From the NCBI GenBank assembly GCA_035509435.1, contig DATJLR010000003.1, forward strand, positions 11,853-75,852: a stretch of 64,000 nucleotides of DNA, read 5' to 3'. Position 1 is the stretch's first letter. Every line of letters begins with the position of its first letter. Source of the DNA: Minisyncoccota bacterium (GTDB lineage: Bacteria > Patescibacteriota > Minisyncoccia > UBA6257 > 2-01-FULL-56-20). The translations under genes and the position numbers were made by a program. Under the pieces are notes generated by a model that worked only from the letters and a program-made list of their open reading frames with translations, did no database searches and was not told the origin of the DNA. This document shows positions 26,315 to 35,673 of the stretch, in pieces.

Positions 26315-26581
26315 CTATTTCATCGGCCATATTGCGGCCACGAAGATCCCCTGGCTTTCCTCGCGGCTGACGACGCGAGCGAAGGTCATTTCGTGGCCGC
26401 CCTCCAGACAGACCAAAAGCTTGCAATGCTTGCCCATGGCGAGCAACTGAAGAAAGCAGTCCATGCCCTCGACAAGCGCTCGCGGCCCTGTGAAGTCGCC
26501 GAATTTTTGGACCACTTTTTCGGCGCTCACACCATTCGCGTCACACCCTTCAACGCTCGTCCTGATTACCTTTTCGATCAT
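26315..26581 (-). CDS. hypothetical small protein
   Basis: 88-aa ORF between the HAD remnant and HIT gene; no recognisable motif. Confidence 0.35.
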   Translation of the reverse strand: MIEKVIRTSVEGCDANGVSAEKVVQKFGDFTGPRALVEGMDCFLQLLAMGKHCKLLVCLEGGHEMTFARVVSREESQGIFVAAIWPMK

Positions 26582-26666
26582 GTAAAGCCTCCTCTTCTTT
26601 TCGCAGCTGCAAATCTGCCAACAATATACATCCGGGCAGGAATGGAGTCAATCGCAATCCGCGCGT

Positions 26667-27110
26667 TTACATCGCTGCGGCGATCTCCTTTGCCACCGCA
26701 TCGAGCTCCGCTTCCGGCGTCGTCTCGCGCGAGCCGGGCCGGTACAGGAACTTGCGCGGCTCGTATTCGGTGATGCCCTCGTCCCCTGCCGTGCGCGGCA
26801 CGATGTGCAGATGGAAGTGCGGGATGGATTGCCCGGCCACGGCGCCTTCGTTCCAGGCATGATTGAAGCCCGTGGCGCCGAACGCTTTCCAGAGCGCGGC
26901 CTTCACCTCCGCCGCGAGCGCAAAGATCGCGCGGCGCTCGTCGTCCTTCAGTTCATCGAACGTCGCCACGTGCCGCGCCGGGATCACAAGCGTGTGCCCG
27001 GGCGTGATCGGGATGTTCGTCAGGAACGCGATCGCAAGCTCGTTGCGCTTGACCGTGCGCGCCGGAATGTCCGGCAATGTGCAATAGATGCAAGAGGAAG
27101 ATGCGGCCAT
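26667..27110 (-). CDS. HIT-family (histidine triad) nucleotide hydrolase
   Basis: 147 aa; 'HFHLHIVPR' histidine triad; N-terminal 'CIYC' zinc-like motif. Confidence 0.85.
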   Translation of the reverse strand: MAASSSCIYCTLPDIPARTVKRNELAIAFLTNIPITPGHTLVIPARHVATFDELKDDERRAIFALAAEVKAALWKAFGATGFNHAWNEGAVAGQSIPHFHLHIVPRTAGDEGITEYEPRKFLYRPGSRETTPEAELDAVAKEIAAAM

Positions 27111-27111
27111 A

Positions 27112-27675
27112 TTATTTGTGGCCGAAGATCTTCTCTTTCAGCTCCTTTTTGAATTCAGGGTCGAATTGCGTGCGCAATAAATATAATGCCAGCTCTTTAT
27201 CGCGAAAATCCGGCCGTTGGGAAAGTTCCAGAAATTCATCGAACGAAACGGGCTTTATAGTGATCCTCTCACCCGCATCAAGATGCGGGTCCTGGATATG
27301 CTTACAGTCACGTGCGATGAAAGTATAAACGGTCCATTCAAGAGAATTGAATGGCTTCCGCTCCCTGAACATGGTCCAATCATCCGAAACGTATCCGGTC
27401 TCTTCCAAAAGCTCACGTTTGGCTCCCGTCGACGCTTCCTCTCCTTCATTACATCGGCCGCCCGGAATAGAAACAAACGGCGCCCGATGTGGTTGCTCCT
27501 GTTCCTCGATCAAAATTTTATCTCCCACGACCGCGATCACATCCGCGCTGTCCGGCCGGCTGATCTTCTCGTATATCTCGGTCGTCCCATCGAACACTTT
27601 CTGTTCCCATTGCCACACCTCGAACACCTGCCCTTTGAACATCCGTTTTGCGTTCGGTGGAATTCCTTTTTTCAT
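27112..27675 (-). CDS. Nudix hydrolase (ADP-ribose pyrophosphatase-like)
   Basis: 187 aa; Nudix box 'GGRCNEGEEASTGAKRELLEETGY'; separated from the HIT gene by 1 nt. Confidence 0.85.
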   Translation of the reverse strand: MKKGIPPNAKRMFKGQVFEVWQWEQKVFDGTTEIYEKISRPDSADVIAVVGDKILIEEQEQPHRAPFVSIPGGRCNEGEEASTGAKRELLEETGYVSDDWTMFRERKPFNSLEWTVYTFIARDCKHIQDPHLDAGERITIKPVSFDEFLELSQRPDFRDKELALYLLRTQFDPEFKKELKEKIFGHK

Positions 27676-27930
27676 ATCATTTATTTTTGAGTGCTAAATA
27701 TTCCTGAACGCCCTTCAGCCATCCTCCTTTAAAATAATTTTCTTGTTTGAAATCTTTCGGGGCCACCCACAAGAGTTCCGATGGCGCTCGTTCATACCAC
27801 CTATTAAAGCATCCTTGGCAGTCTTTCGTCTATTATGTGCCAATAACGGCCGTTTTTCCACTTTTAAAATAGTTTTAATCGCTTATTTGTTATAGTCCCG
27901 TCAGTTGTTTAAAAACTGAAAGGGGTTTTT

Positions 27931-28674
27931 GTGAAGCTATCAAAAATGCAATTCGCAACCGTGGGTCTCGAGCTCCTGACCCTCACCATCTTCGCGTCCA
28001 CAGCAATCGGACAGGCACGGCAAAATGTTGTGCATCAGGCATTCTATGCCTTAAGCACATCCGCCAATGGAACCTCCACCCAAACCATCAACGGTAATTA
28101 TGTCGGCAACTGGAACTGGCTCAACAGCAATTACAGCTCCTACAATGTCGTCAAAAATTGGTACAACTATTACCAAAACGGCAGCTGGACATGCTATCCG
28201 TCAGATTTTGCCGCAGCTGGCGACGTGTGCCCAAATCTCACCGGCCATCCCGTCGCGAGTTTCTATTCCAATCCTGGCGGCTATGGCTATAGCCCGATTA
28301 TCCCTGAGGTTGCCTATGGCCGCGGCGGTCAATGCACTTATTTTGCGAACCTTGTCGTCTATCGCTCGGGAGTCTACACCGGAAGTTTCCCGAGCCTATC
28401 CAATATGTGGGCTGCTGGAAACTCCAATATGCAACAGGTCCAGATCGGGGACGTGATCCTGAGGTACAACGTCGCTGGCTATGTCAATCATATCGCCATT
28501 GTGGTACAGGTCTATACGAATGGCGGTTCCGTGACAAGCGTTGACGTCGTCGATTCGGATTACTTCCCTGATTATCTTTCGGGCGTAAGTTACCCGGAAG
28601 TGATCACACGGCACAATTTCCCCATCGCCAACCTGCAGGGATATTTCAGGATATGGAAGGTGCCCGGCTACTAA
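27931..28674 (+). CDS. secreted CHAP-domain peptidoglycan amidase/peptidase
   Basis: 247 aa; GTG start 5 nt after GAAAGGGG; signal/TM; catalytic Cys in 'GGQCTYFANLVVY' and His in 'VNHIAIVV', typical CHAP spacing. Confidence 0.65.
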   Translation: MKLSKMQFATVGLELLTLTIFASTAIGQARQNVVHQAFYALSTSANGTSTQTINGNYVGNWNWLNSNYSSYNVVKNWYNYYQNGSWTCYPSDFAAAGDVCPNLTGHPVASFYSNPGGYGYSPIIPEVAYGRGGQCTYFANLVVYRSGVYTGSFPSLSNMWAAGNSNMQQVQIGDVILRYNVAGYVNHIAIVVQVYTNGGSVTSVDVVDSDYFPDYLSGVSYPEVITRHNFPIANLQGYFRIWKVPGY

Positions 28675-28751
28675 AAACCAAGTTCTGGAGGGGTAAAACA
28701 ACCCCTCCATTTTTTAATCTTTTTTTAATGTTAATATGCTATGCTCATCTT

Positions 28752-29348
28752 ATGAAAAAATTATTAAACAGAAAATATATCGCTTTTGCTTGCATGGTCA
28801 CGGTCACAATCGTTGCCATCGGATGCATTTTCCTGTGGCGATATCACTTTAGCCCCGTTCAATCCCGCACCTCAACGATGGCTCTCCCCGAAATTCAAAC
28901 ACCTTCAGGCTGGTATTTGTGGGGAAAAGATCATCTTCCTGCGGGCACTAACGGCCCCGTCAATAACATTACCTTCGGAAATAAGCCAATGGCATCAGCG
29001 GACGATGCGGCGACCATGATAGTTGTTAACGCGCAAGATCCCTTTGGAAGAACCGATGAGCAATGGATTGCTGATGTCCTCTCCTCTTCCCTGGAAGAGC
29101 TGGGAAGTCCTACATCCACGCGGCTGTGGAGTGCGATCAATGGGAGGCTCGTACTAAGGGCGGTAACGCAAACACCTGCGGGTGGCTATGATCTTAATTA
29201 CTATATCCTTAATGATGGGGTGGAATATATATTCCAACTTGATCCGACACATGCCGATGATAATATATCATCCAGCTCCGACGCACAGACGCTGCACACC
29301 ATGGTTCAGAATTTTGCCGAGAGCCTGCCGCCCATCGTTTCTCAATAA
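28752..29348 (+). CDS. membrane-anchored hypothetical protein downstream of CHAP gene
   Basis: About 198 aa from the ATG at 28752 (MKKLLNRK...), N-terminal TM helix. Confidence 0.45.
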   Translation: MKKLLNRKYIAFACMVTVTIVAIGCIFLWRYHFSPVQSRTSTMALPEIQTPSGWYLWGKDHLPAGTNGPVNNITFGNKPMASADDAATMIVVNAQDPFGRTDEQWIADVLSSSLEELGSPTSTRLWSAINGRLVLRAVTQTPAGGYDLNYYILNDGVEYIFQLDPTHADDNISSSSDAQTLHTMVQNFAESLPPIVSQ

Positions 29349-29359
29349 ATAATAGGGTT

Positions 29360-29397
29360 AAAAAAAGCCCTAACAGTTCCGTTGGGGCTTTTTTTCT
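29360..29397. terminator. bidirectional intrinsic terminator
   Basis: AAAAAAAGCCCTAAC-agttcc-GTTGGGGCTTTTTTTC. Confidence 0.7.
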
Positions 29398-29403
29398 TTC
29401 ATT

Positions 29404-29637
29404 CTACGCCGCAGGCAACTCCTTTTCGTCCGGCAACGCCGCGAACTTGGCCTTAAAATCTTCGAACCACTTCGTGGTCTCTTCCGGCTTCATCGCCTTC
29501 ACCTGCGCCGCAAGGTCGGGATGCGCCGCTTCGACGTGCTTCATCGCCTCCGCCACCACTTCCTCCGGCGCAGTGCCGGTGAACACCGTCGTGCACGTTG
29601 CCGGGCCGCCCATCGAAGGGCATGTCACCTGTTTCAT
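29404..29637 (-). CDS. DUF1059-family small protein
   Basis: 77 aa; 'MKQVTCPSMGGPATC...' resembles DUF1059 small Cys-containing proteins. Confidence 0.55.
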   Translation of the reverse strand: MKQVTCPSMGGPATCTTVFTGTAPEEVVAEAMKHVEAAHPDLAAQVKAMKPEETTKWFEDFKAKFAALPDEKELPAA

Positions 29638-29689
29638 GTTGCTTATATATAGATTAGATTTATTTTTTATCGACCGATCTGAATGATCA

Positions 29690-32600
29690 TTATAGCATGG
29701 ACCCTATCCCTTTCCGTAGCTCGCAGTACCGGCAATCCGGATCATGGCAGCCCTTGTTCCAGAACGAGAGGTCCAGTATCTCGCGCGCGACGTCCATCAC
29801 AAGTTTTTCAAGCACTTTCACCTCGCCGGGCGCGATCGCGAACTCCTCGCGATGCATCTTGCCGCGGTCGTCCGGTTCCACGAACTGGATGATGCCGTCG
29901 CGCATGTCGCGCTTCCCCTCCTTGTCGAGCAGCAGTTTATAGAACACGAGCTGGCGCTTGTAATTGCCGTCGCTCGATTTGGTGAGCCCCTCGATCTCGT
30001 TGCGCGTCTTGGGCTTGCCGGTCTTGTAGTCCACGACCCGCACCCGCTCGCCGTCCAAAAATTCCACGCGGTCCAGCTTGCCGTTGATCGGCGTGCCGTC
30101 CTCGAGCGTGATGCCGTCAATGCGCGCCTCGGCAAGCGCCCGCGGCGACCACGTCGCGTGATACTCGTCATAGAAAAGCGGCAGTGCACGCCGGCCCTTT
30201 TCGAGCGCCTCCTCGTACTCGCTCTCTTTTATCGGCTCGTGCGCGAGGGCTTCCTCAAAACGGCGGACAAGATATTCCTTTCCGCGATCCACGCCCGGCG
30301 CGCCGTCAGCGCCGCCGCTCAACGCGTCAAAATAACTTTTGAGCGCGGCGTGCACCGCGTTGCCGAACGACAGATTTTTGTTCGGTGCTTCCGGGATGCG
30401 CACAAGGTTGCGGTAGAAATATATCCATGGGCATTCAAGGTAATTGTTGAGCGCCGTCACGGAAATGCCTTGCGCGCGGAAAAGTTCGTTCAAAAATTCT
30501 TTGTCTTTGAGCTCGGGCACCCGCGCGGGCGCTGGCGCGAACTCGATCTCCTCGCGCCGCGCGGCAAAATCCTTCTCGTACGGCGCGACATCGAGCGGCG
30601 CCAGGATATTTTCCTTGAGCTCCGCGATGAACTGCGTCGGCAGCTGCTCCTTGCCGTCACGATCCGCCTTTGCAAGCGTCACGAACAGTTCCTTTCGCGC
30701 GCGCGTGAGGGCGACATAGAAGACGTTGCGTTCGTCCGCGTCATCGATCGCGCTCGCATCGTCATCATTCGCACCATCAGCATCCGCGGCAGCGCCCGTC
30801 GCCGCGCCTTCCGCCATCGCTCTATATATTCGTGTCGGCAGCTTGATCGCTTCGCGGCGGCGGCGCGATCCCCACTTGCCGTCCACGGCGTTCATGATGA
30901 AGACCACGTCGAACTCCAGTCCCTTCGCGCGGTGCGCGGTCATGAGCCGCACACGGCCGGGCAAGCGCACGGTGTCGGCGCTGCGGATCGCAAGGCCATG
31001 CTCTTCCATCAGGTCCAGATAGCGGAAAAAATCGTCCAGCGTGTAATTTTTCTGGCGTTCAACGAACGATTTCAAGATGTCAAAAAGCGCGTGGAGCTTT
31101 GCCAGTTTTTCCGTCGCGGACGGATGGTTCAGCGCCGTTGTCAGGAATCCCGACTCGTAGACGATCTTTTCAAAAGCCTCCGCCGCGCCGCGGTTTTTTG
31201 CCGCCCGAGACCAGGCCGAAAGCCCCTCAAAAAGCCGCCCATAGGCCATTTTTGAGCCATTATCCATGCCTGCCGCCTCAAGCAGGGCCGGCGACCGCAC
31301 CACCTCATAGAGCCGCCTGTGCTCACGGGCGGCATAGGCCGTCAGCTTATAGACATCGATCGGCGCGATGCCCAGAAAATCCACGTGCAGCGCCTCCGCG
31401 AGCGCCACGTCATTGCCGAACCGCTGGACCGCCCGCAGGATCCGCACCAGTTTTTTTATTTCTTCATCCCCCAACACGTCCTGATCCGACTCGATGCTGA
31501 ACGGCACCTTTTCCTTTTCAAGCATTCGCGCGAGCGGCACGACGTCGCGATTGTCGCGATAGAGCACCGCGACCTCCTCCGCCGGGGTCCGGTCATCCAC
31601 GTCCGACGCGGTTGCGATCAGCTCTTTTATTTTTTGTGCGATGAAATAATATTCCACGTCGGGTGACGCGAGCGCGGCGAGATGCGCGGGACTTTCCTTG
31701 CGCCCCGCGCGCGCCGCATGCCGTGCGTGCGCCACGAGCGCGGCATCGCGCGGCGACACGCCTTGCGCCGCGTCGAGGATCGCTTGCGTGGATCGGTAAT
31801 TGTTGCGTAATGTGATAAGCACAACATCTTTGTAGCGATCGCGGAAGTAGTGGAAGTTCTCGAGCGACGCGCCCTGAAAACGGAATATCGCCTGCTTCTC
31901 GTCGCCGACGACGAAAAGGTTCGGGCGCGGCGCGGCGCCTGCCACAAGTTCCACGATCCGGTTCTGCGCGTCATTCGTATCCTGATGTTCGTCCACCAAA
32001 AAATATTCGTATGAGCCCTGCAAAACACGGAGCAGTTCATCGCTCGCTTCGAGCGCGAGCGCGACGTACATGATCATATCGCTGTAGTCGTACTGTTTGG
32101 CCGCAACGAGCGCTTTCTGATACGCCGCGTACACTTCCGCGAGCTCGAGGTTGCGCTCGGCGTGCTTCGCCGCGCTCACATATTTTGTTTTTATCTTCCC
32201 TTCATATTTGCCGGACCGGTTCACAAGGTCCGGATCGGCATACAGGTCGCGCTTCGCGTCCGCGGCGATCGCGGCGAACGTCCCGGGCGACACGCCCTGG
32301 CGCTTCAGCTCATTGATCGCGCCGAGGATCGCGCGCAGATAATAGTAGCGGTCACCGAACGGACGCATGTCCCGCAAGCCGGGCAGCGTGTCGATCAGCC
32401 GCCGCAGGATGTCCACCTGCTCTATCTCGGTGATGCTCGTCGCGCCCACGATCGTCGGAAAATAGTCCGGATAGTCGCGGATGATGCGGTTCGCAAAGCC
32501 GTGGAACGTGGAGATCTCCACGCGATAGGCCTCCGCGCCCGCAAGCTCCACCAGGCGTCGGCGCATGGAGACGGCACCGGACTCGGTGAAGGTGAGCGCG

Positions 32601-32785
32601 AGGATCTTCTCCGGTGCCGCGGCGGAGCGCCGCAAAATATTCGCAATGCGCATCGCAAGCACCTCCGTCTTTCCCGTCCCCGGTCCCGCGATCACCATTA
32701 CCGGGCCATCAAGTGTGTCCACCGCGCGGCGCTGTTCGTCGTTCAGCGCCCCATATCGTTCCTCAAAAGCATCCGTGATCGGCAT
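29690..32785 (-). CDS. UvrD/Rep-family helicase fused to C-terminal PD-(D/E)XK (RecB/Cas4-like) nuclease domain with 4-Cys cluster
   Basis: 1031 aa; Walker A 'IAGPGTGKTEVL', 'DEHQDTN', 'FRFQGAS', 'VYVALTRARKELFV'; C-terminal 'C...VDYKTGK...CHDPDCRYC' nuclease/Fe-S signature. Confidence 0.8.
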   Translation of the reverse strand: MPITDAFEERYGALNDEQRRAVDTLDGPVMVIAGPGTGKTEVLAMRIANILRRSAAAPEKILALTFTESGAVSMRRRLVELAGAEAYRVEISTFHGFANRIIRDYPDYFPTIVGATSITEIEQVDILRRLIDTLPGLRDMRPFGDRYYYLRAILGAINELKRQGVSPGTFAAIAADAKRDLYADPDLVNRSGKYEGKIKTKYVSAAKHAERNLELAEVYAAYQKALVAAKQYDYSDMIMYVALALEASDELLRVLQGSYEYFLVDEHQDTNDAQNRIVELVAGAAPRPNLFVVGDEKQAIFRFQGASLENFHYFRDRYKDVVLITLRNNYRSTQAILDAAQGVSPRDAALVAHARHAARAGRKESPAHLAALASPDVEYYFIAQKIKELIATASDVDDRTPAEEVAVLYRDNRDVVPLARMLEKEKVPFSIESDQDVLGDEEIKKLVRILRAVQRFGNDVALAEALHVDFLGIAPIDVYKLTAYAAREHRRLYEVVRSPALLEAAGMDNGSKMAYGRLFEGLSAWSRAAKNRGAAEAFEKIVYESGFLTTALNHPSATEKLAKLHALFDILKSFVERQKNYTLDDFFRYLDLMEEHGLAIRSADTVRLPGRVRLMTAHRAKGLEFDVVFIMNAVDGKWGSRRRREAIKLPTRIYRAMAEGAATGAAADADGANDDDASAIDDADERNVFYVALTRARKELFVTLAKADRDGKEQLPTQFIAELKENILAPLDVAPYEKDFAARREEIEFAPAPARVPELKDKEFLNELFRAQGISVTALNNYLECPWIYFYRNLVRIPEAPNKNLSFGNAVHAALKSYFDALSGGADGAPGVDRGKEYLVRRFEEALAHEPIKESEYEEALEKGRRALPLFYDEYHATWSPRALAEARIDGITLEDGTPINGKLDRVEFLDGERVRVVDYKTGKPKTRNEIEGLTKSSDGNYKRQLVFYKLLLDKEGKRDMRDGIIQFVEPDDRGKMHREEFAIAPGEVKVLEKLVMDVAREILDLSFWNKGCHDPDCRYCELRKGIGSML

Positions 32786-32871
32786 GACAAAAGCTTACTC
32801 TCAAAATCTCCGTAACTCAATAAAAGAAAACAACCCCTCCTATATCAGGAAGGGTTGTTTTCTTTTGCGCC

Positions 32872-33741
32872 TTAGAAGCCGAAGAGGTGGGCAAAGAATC
32901 CTCCGATCATTCCGAAGAATCCGCCGAAGCCGCCTCCGAAGCCGCCTTTTACGGTCGAGCTGCCTGTCGAGGAACCGTTCGACGGCTTTGCGCCCTGGTC
33001 AAGGATGGACGATGCCGTTATGGACGTGCCGTTGACCGTGCCCTGCACCACAACATTGTCGCCGATGGCAAGATCGGTGGCCGCCGTTGTCGTGCCGTTC
33101 TTTACGATCGTGGCATTCGTGACATCGATCGTGTACGTGACATTGCTCGCGTTCGTCACGGTCAGCGTGTCGCCGTTGATCTGGGCAATGCTACCGCCGA
33201 CGACCGGCTCACCGTTGCCCTGGATGGGCGAAACCGGGGGCGTGGAGGTCGGATGTCCGGGGCCGCCTTTGCCGCCCCACATGCCCGGGCCGCCGGCCGC
33301 GGGACCCATCACTCCGTCGCGGATCACGGTTGCCGCCACGTCGGTGCCGCTCACCGTGCCCTGCACCATCACTTTATCTCCTATCGCGATGCTCGAGACC
33401 GGAACGGTCGTTGTCGCGCTGCCTTTATAGACCGTCGCGTTGGTCGCATCGACCGTAAAGACGGTGGAGGTCGCGCCCGACGGCGCGCCCGGGGCGCTCT
33501 TGAACGGACGCAGCATAGCGGTCACGCTCAGCGTATCGCCATTCACCGCCGTCACATCGCCGAAGACCCCTGGCGGCATCCCGCCCCGCATTCCGCCGCG
33601 GAACTGGCCCTGCGCCGCTCCCCCGCCCGTCTGGGCAAACACCGGAAGCGCGATCAGCATGCTGGCCGCGAGCGCCACCGCGGTCGCTATGGGAACATAT
33701 TTTTCTTTCGTCATTTTTTTATTTTTCTTTAATTTCCGCAT
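32872..33741 (-). CDS. secreted protein with two tandem beta-rich repeats (DUF5666-like) and Gly/Phe-rich C-terminal tail
   Basis: 289 aa; AAGGA SD; signal peptide; repeated 'INGDTL(S/T)VT...Y(T)VD(A/V)TNAT...IAIGD.V.VQGTV.GT'; C-terminal 'GGFGGGFGGFFGMIGGFFAHLFGF'. Confidence 0.6.
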   Translation of the reverse strand: MRKLKKNKKMTKEKYVPIATAVALAASMLIALPVFAQTGGGAAQGQFRGGMRGGMPPGVFGDVTAVNGDTLSVTAMLRPFKSAPGAPSGATSTVFTVDATNATVYKGSATTTVPVSSIAIGDKVMVQGTVSGTDVAATVIRDGVMGPAAGGPGMWGGKGGPGHPTSTPPVSPIQGNGEPVVGGSIAQINGDTLTVTNASNVTYTIDVTNATIVKNGTTTAATDLAIGDNVVVQGTVNGTSITASSILDQGAKPSNGSSTGSSTVKGGFGGGFGGFFGMIGGFFAHLFGF

Positions 33742-33923
33742 TTATCCTTCTGCATATGCCGGGCCGATTCGACCATCACCCCATGCCTATGGTGCCACAG
33801 AACAATACGCTTTTCCTTTATAAAAGGTTGCAGAAGGGGTGGAATAAAACAGTCCCCTTGGCCGTATTATCCTTTGTTACGCTTAAAAAAGGTCGGCAAC
33901 GTAAATTAATATCGTTACATTCC

Positions 33924-34070
33924 ATGTGGCAAGACTGGGTAAACTTCATTCTCGGTATCGTGCTGATCGTCATAGCATACTCTGCGGCAAGCACGACGTG
34001 GATAGCGATCGTAGGCGTCCTCATCATCATCTTCTCGCTATGGGGCGCTTTAGGGGGTAGGAAGGCGTAA
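33924..34070 (+). CDS. small two-TM membrane protein (SPW-repeat-like), putative
   Basis: MWQDWVNFILGIVLIVIAYSAASTTWIAIVGVLIIIFSLWGALGGRKA; the longer track ORF (33756) starts in the upstream gene's terminator region; no SD. Confidence 0.3.
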   Translation: MWQDWVNFILGIVLIVIAYSAASTTWIAIVGVLIIIFSLWGALGGRKA

Positions 34071-34086
34071 AGAAACAGACAGCATC

Positions 34087-34114
34087 AAAAAGCCCCGCGC
34101 GCGCGGGGCTTTTT
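34087..34114. terminator. bidirectional intrinsic terminator
   Basis: AAAAAGCCCCGCGC/GCGCGGGGCTTTTT. Confidence 0.65.
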
Positions 34115-34136
34115 GATGCATCGCAATGCGCATCCG

Positions 34137-34406
34137 TCACGCGATCCGGAACCCCGTGAACGTTCCGCGCGATGCGGACCACACGGCTTCCACGCGATTC
34201 ACCTTTGCCGTGACGGGTCCCTTTTGGCACCACACCAGGAATTTTTTGAGGTCATCCTCCTCGCCCTCCGCCTCTATATACACCGTCCCCTCGGGCTCGT
34301 TCATCACGAATCCCGCAATATGCATCGCGCGTGCCGTCCAATACGCGGCGTCGCGGAACCCGACGCCCTGCACATCGCCATAGATCTTCATTGTAAGATT
34401 TTTCAT
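34137..34406 (-). CDS. acyP: acylphosphatase
   Basis: 89 aa; 'IYGDVQGVGFRDAAYWTARAMHIAGFVMNEPEGTVYIEAEG' acylphosphatase signature. Confidence 0.85.
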   Translation of the reverse strand: MKNLTMKIYGDVQGVGFRDAAYWTARAMHIAGFVMNEPEGTVYIEAEGEEDDLKKFLVWCQKGPVTAKVNRVEAVWSASRGTFTGFRIA

Positions 34407-34420
34407 ATCATCATGATATC

Positions 34421-34454
34421 AAAAACAGCCCCCGAAGCGAGGGCTGTTTTTATT
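34421..34454. terminator. intrinsic terminator
   Basis: AAAAACAGCCC-ccgaagcga-GGGCTGTTTTTATT. Confidence 0.6.
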
Positions 34455-34463
34455 GCCGACAGC

Positions 34464-35174
34464 CTATTGCACCGACACGCTGGTCGTTGCGGATGCCTGG
34501 GCCTCCGTCTGGATCGCGGCAGTGATCGCGTTCACGAGCATTGCCTTATCCTGAAGCTGTGCCTGAGTGCTTGCCGTCACGCTCGCGTCGGCCTGTGTGC
34601 CGAGCGCCGCGCCTGACTGCTGGATCGCCGCTGCCACCGCTGCCTGTACCGGCGTCGTATCCTTCGCGTACAGGAAGCCATACCACGGCGTGCTTACCTT
34701 TACGTTCCCCTGCGCGTCAACGTTCACGTTTCCCGCAATGGATGTCTGGAAGAGGCCGAGGAACTTCGCGGGCTGGGCATACGTGACGTCCATGCTGCCG
34801 TCACTCTGTACATTGATGTTCTTTACCGCCGGGCGCGCCTGGATGACCAGGGAGTTGTACGCCGACAGGTCATCGTTCGTCTGGATGAGTCCGAGCGTAT
34901 TGCCCTGCAACTGCACGACCGCATCATCCGAAGATGTCGCGATGGTGCCGGATTGCACTTCTGCCTGCAACCCCGCGTTCACCTGCAATCCAGCGCTGCC
35001 TGCCGTCGCCGTGCCGCTTGCCTGCACGTCCGTCTGGGCGGTCGCCGTCGCCGTGCCGCCAAGCGCGGCATTCACATCACCGGTGACATTGCCCGTCACA
35101 CCCAACGCATAGGCATTCGCACCCAAAAGGAGCGTCGTGCCGACCACAAAAACGCCGAAAACTTTTTTGTCCAT
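34464..35174 (-). CDS. secreted hypothetical protein (signal peptide; Gly/Thr/Ala/Gln-rich)
   Basis: 236-aa ORF; N-terminal 'KKVFGVFVVGTTLLLGANAYA' signal peptide. Confidence 0.5.
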   Translation of the reverse strand: MDKKVFGVFVVGTTLLLGANAYALGVTGNVTGDVNAALGGTATATAQTDVQASGTATAGSAGLQVNAGLQAEVQSGTIATSSDDAVVQLQGNTLGLIQTNDDLSAYNSLVIQARPAVKNINVQSDGSMDVTYAQPAKFLGLFQTSIAGNVNVDAQGNVKVSTPWYGFLYAKDTTPVQAAVAAAIQQSGAALGTQADASVTASTQAQLQDKAMLVNAITAAIQTEAQASATTSVSVQ

Positions 35175-35291
35175 GCTAAATAGTTTTATGTTAATTTAAT
35201 GACCGACCGATGAACAGATTCGACCTTTCATCGAGTATCGCAATATCATACGCTCGCGGCGCTGATGCCGTTACAGCAGTCTATATATCTA

Positions 35292-35564
35292 TTAATAACT
35301 TCCTTGCACCTGCACCGCCACGCAGACCCCTCCCACGTCCCCGAACGGGGCGGTGGAACTCGGATTCGGTTCACACTGATAGCCGGTAGCGCAGACAGGG
35401 GCGTTCACTATGTTGCCCCCGCACCGCTGTCCTGCTCCCGCGACGGGAGCTGACGGCGAAGCATTGCCGGCCGGACCGGCGCCCGTCATTGCGTAGTAAT
35501 ACCAGATCGCCGCGCCGAGCAGCACTATCACGATCGCCAATATGATCCACGATGTTTTGCTCAT
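35292..35564 (-). CDS. small membrane-anchored Cys-containing protein, hypothetical
   Basis: Likely start MSKTSWIILAIVIVLL; C-terminal 'CGGNIVNAPVCATGYQCEP...GGVC' four-Cys module. Confidence 0.4.
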   Translation of the reverse strand: MSKTSWIILAIVIVLLGAAIWYYYAMTGAGPAGNASPSAPVAGAGQRCGGNIVNAPVCATGYQCEPNPSSTAPFGDVGGVCVAVQVQGSY

Positions 35565-35673
35565 ATTACTATAATACACCCGCCAGCCGTTTTTTAAAGC
35601 AAAAAAAACGGGCAGGGGCGGATGACGAGGCCGTCTTCGTCGCCCACCCCTGCCCGCGCGGATATTACAGGAT

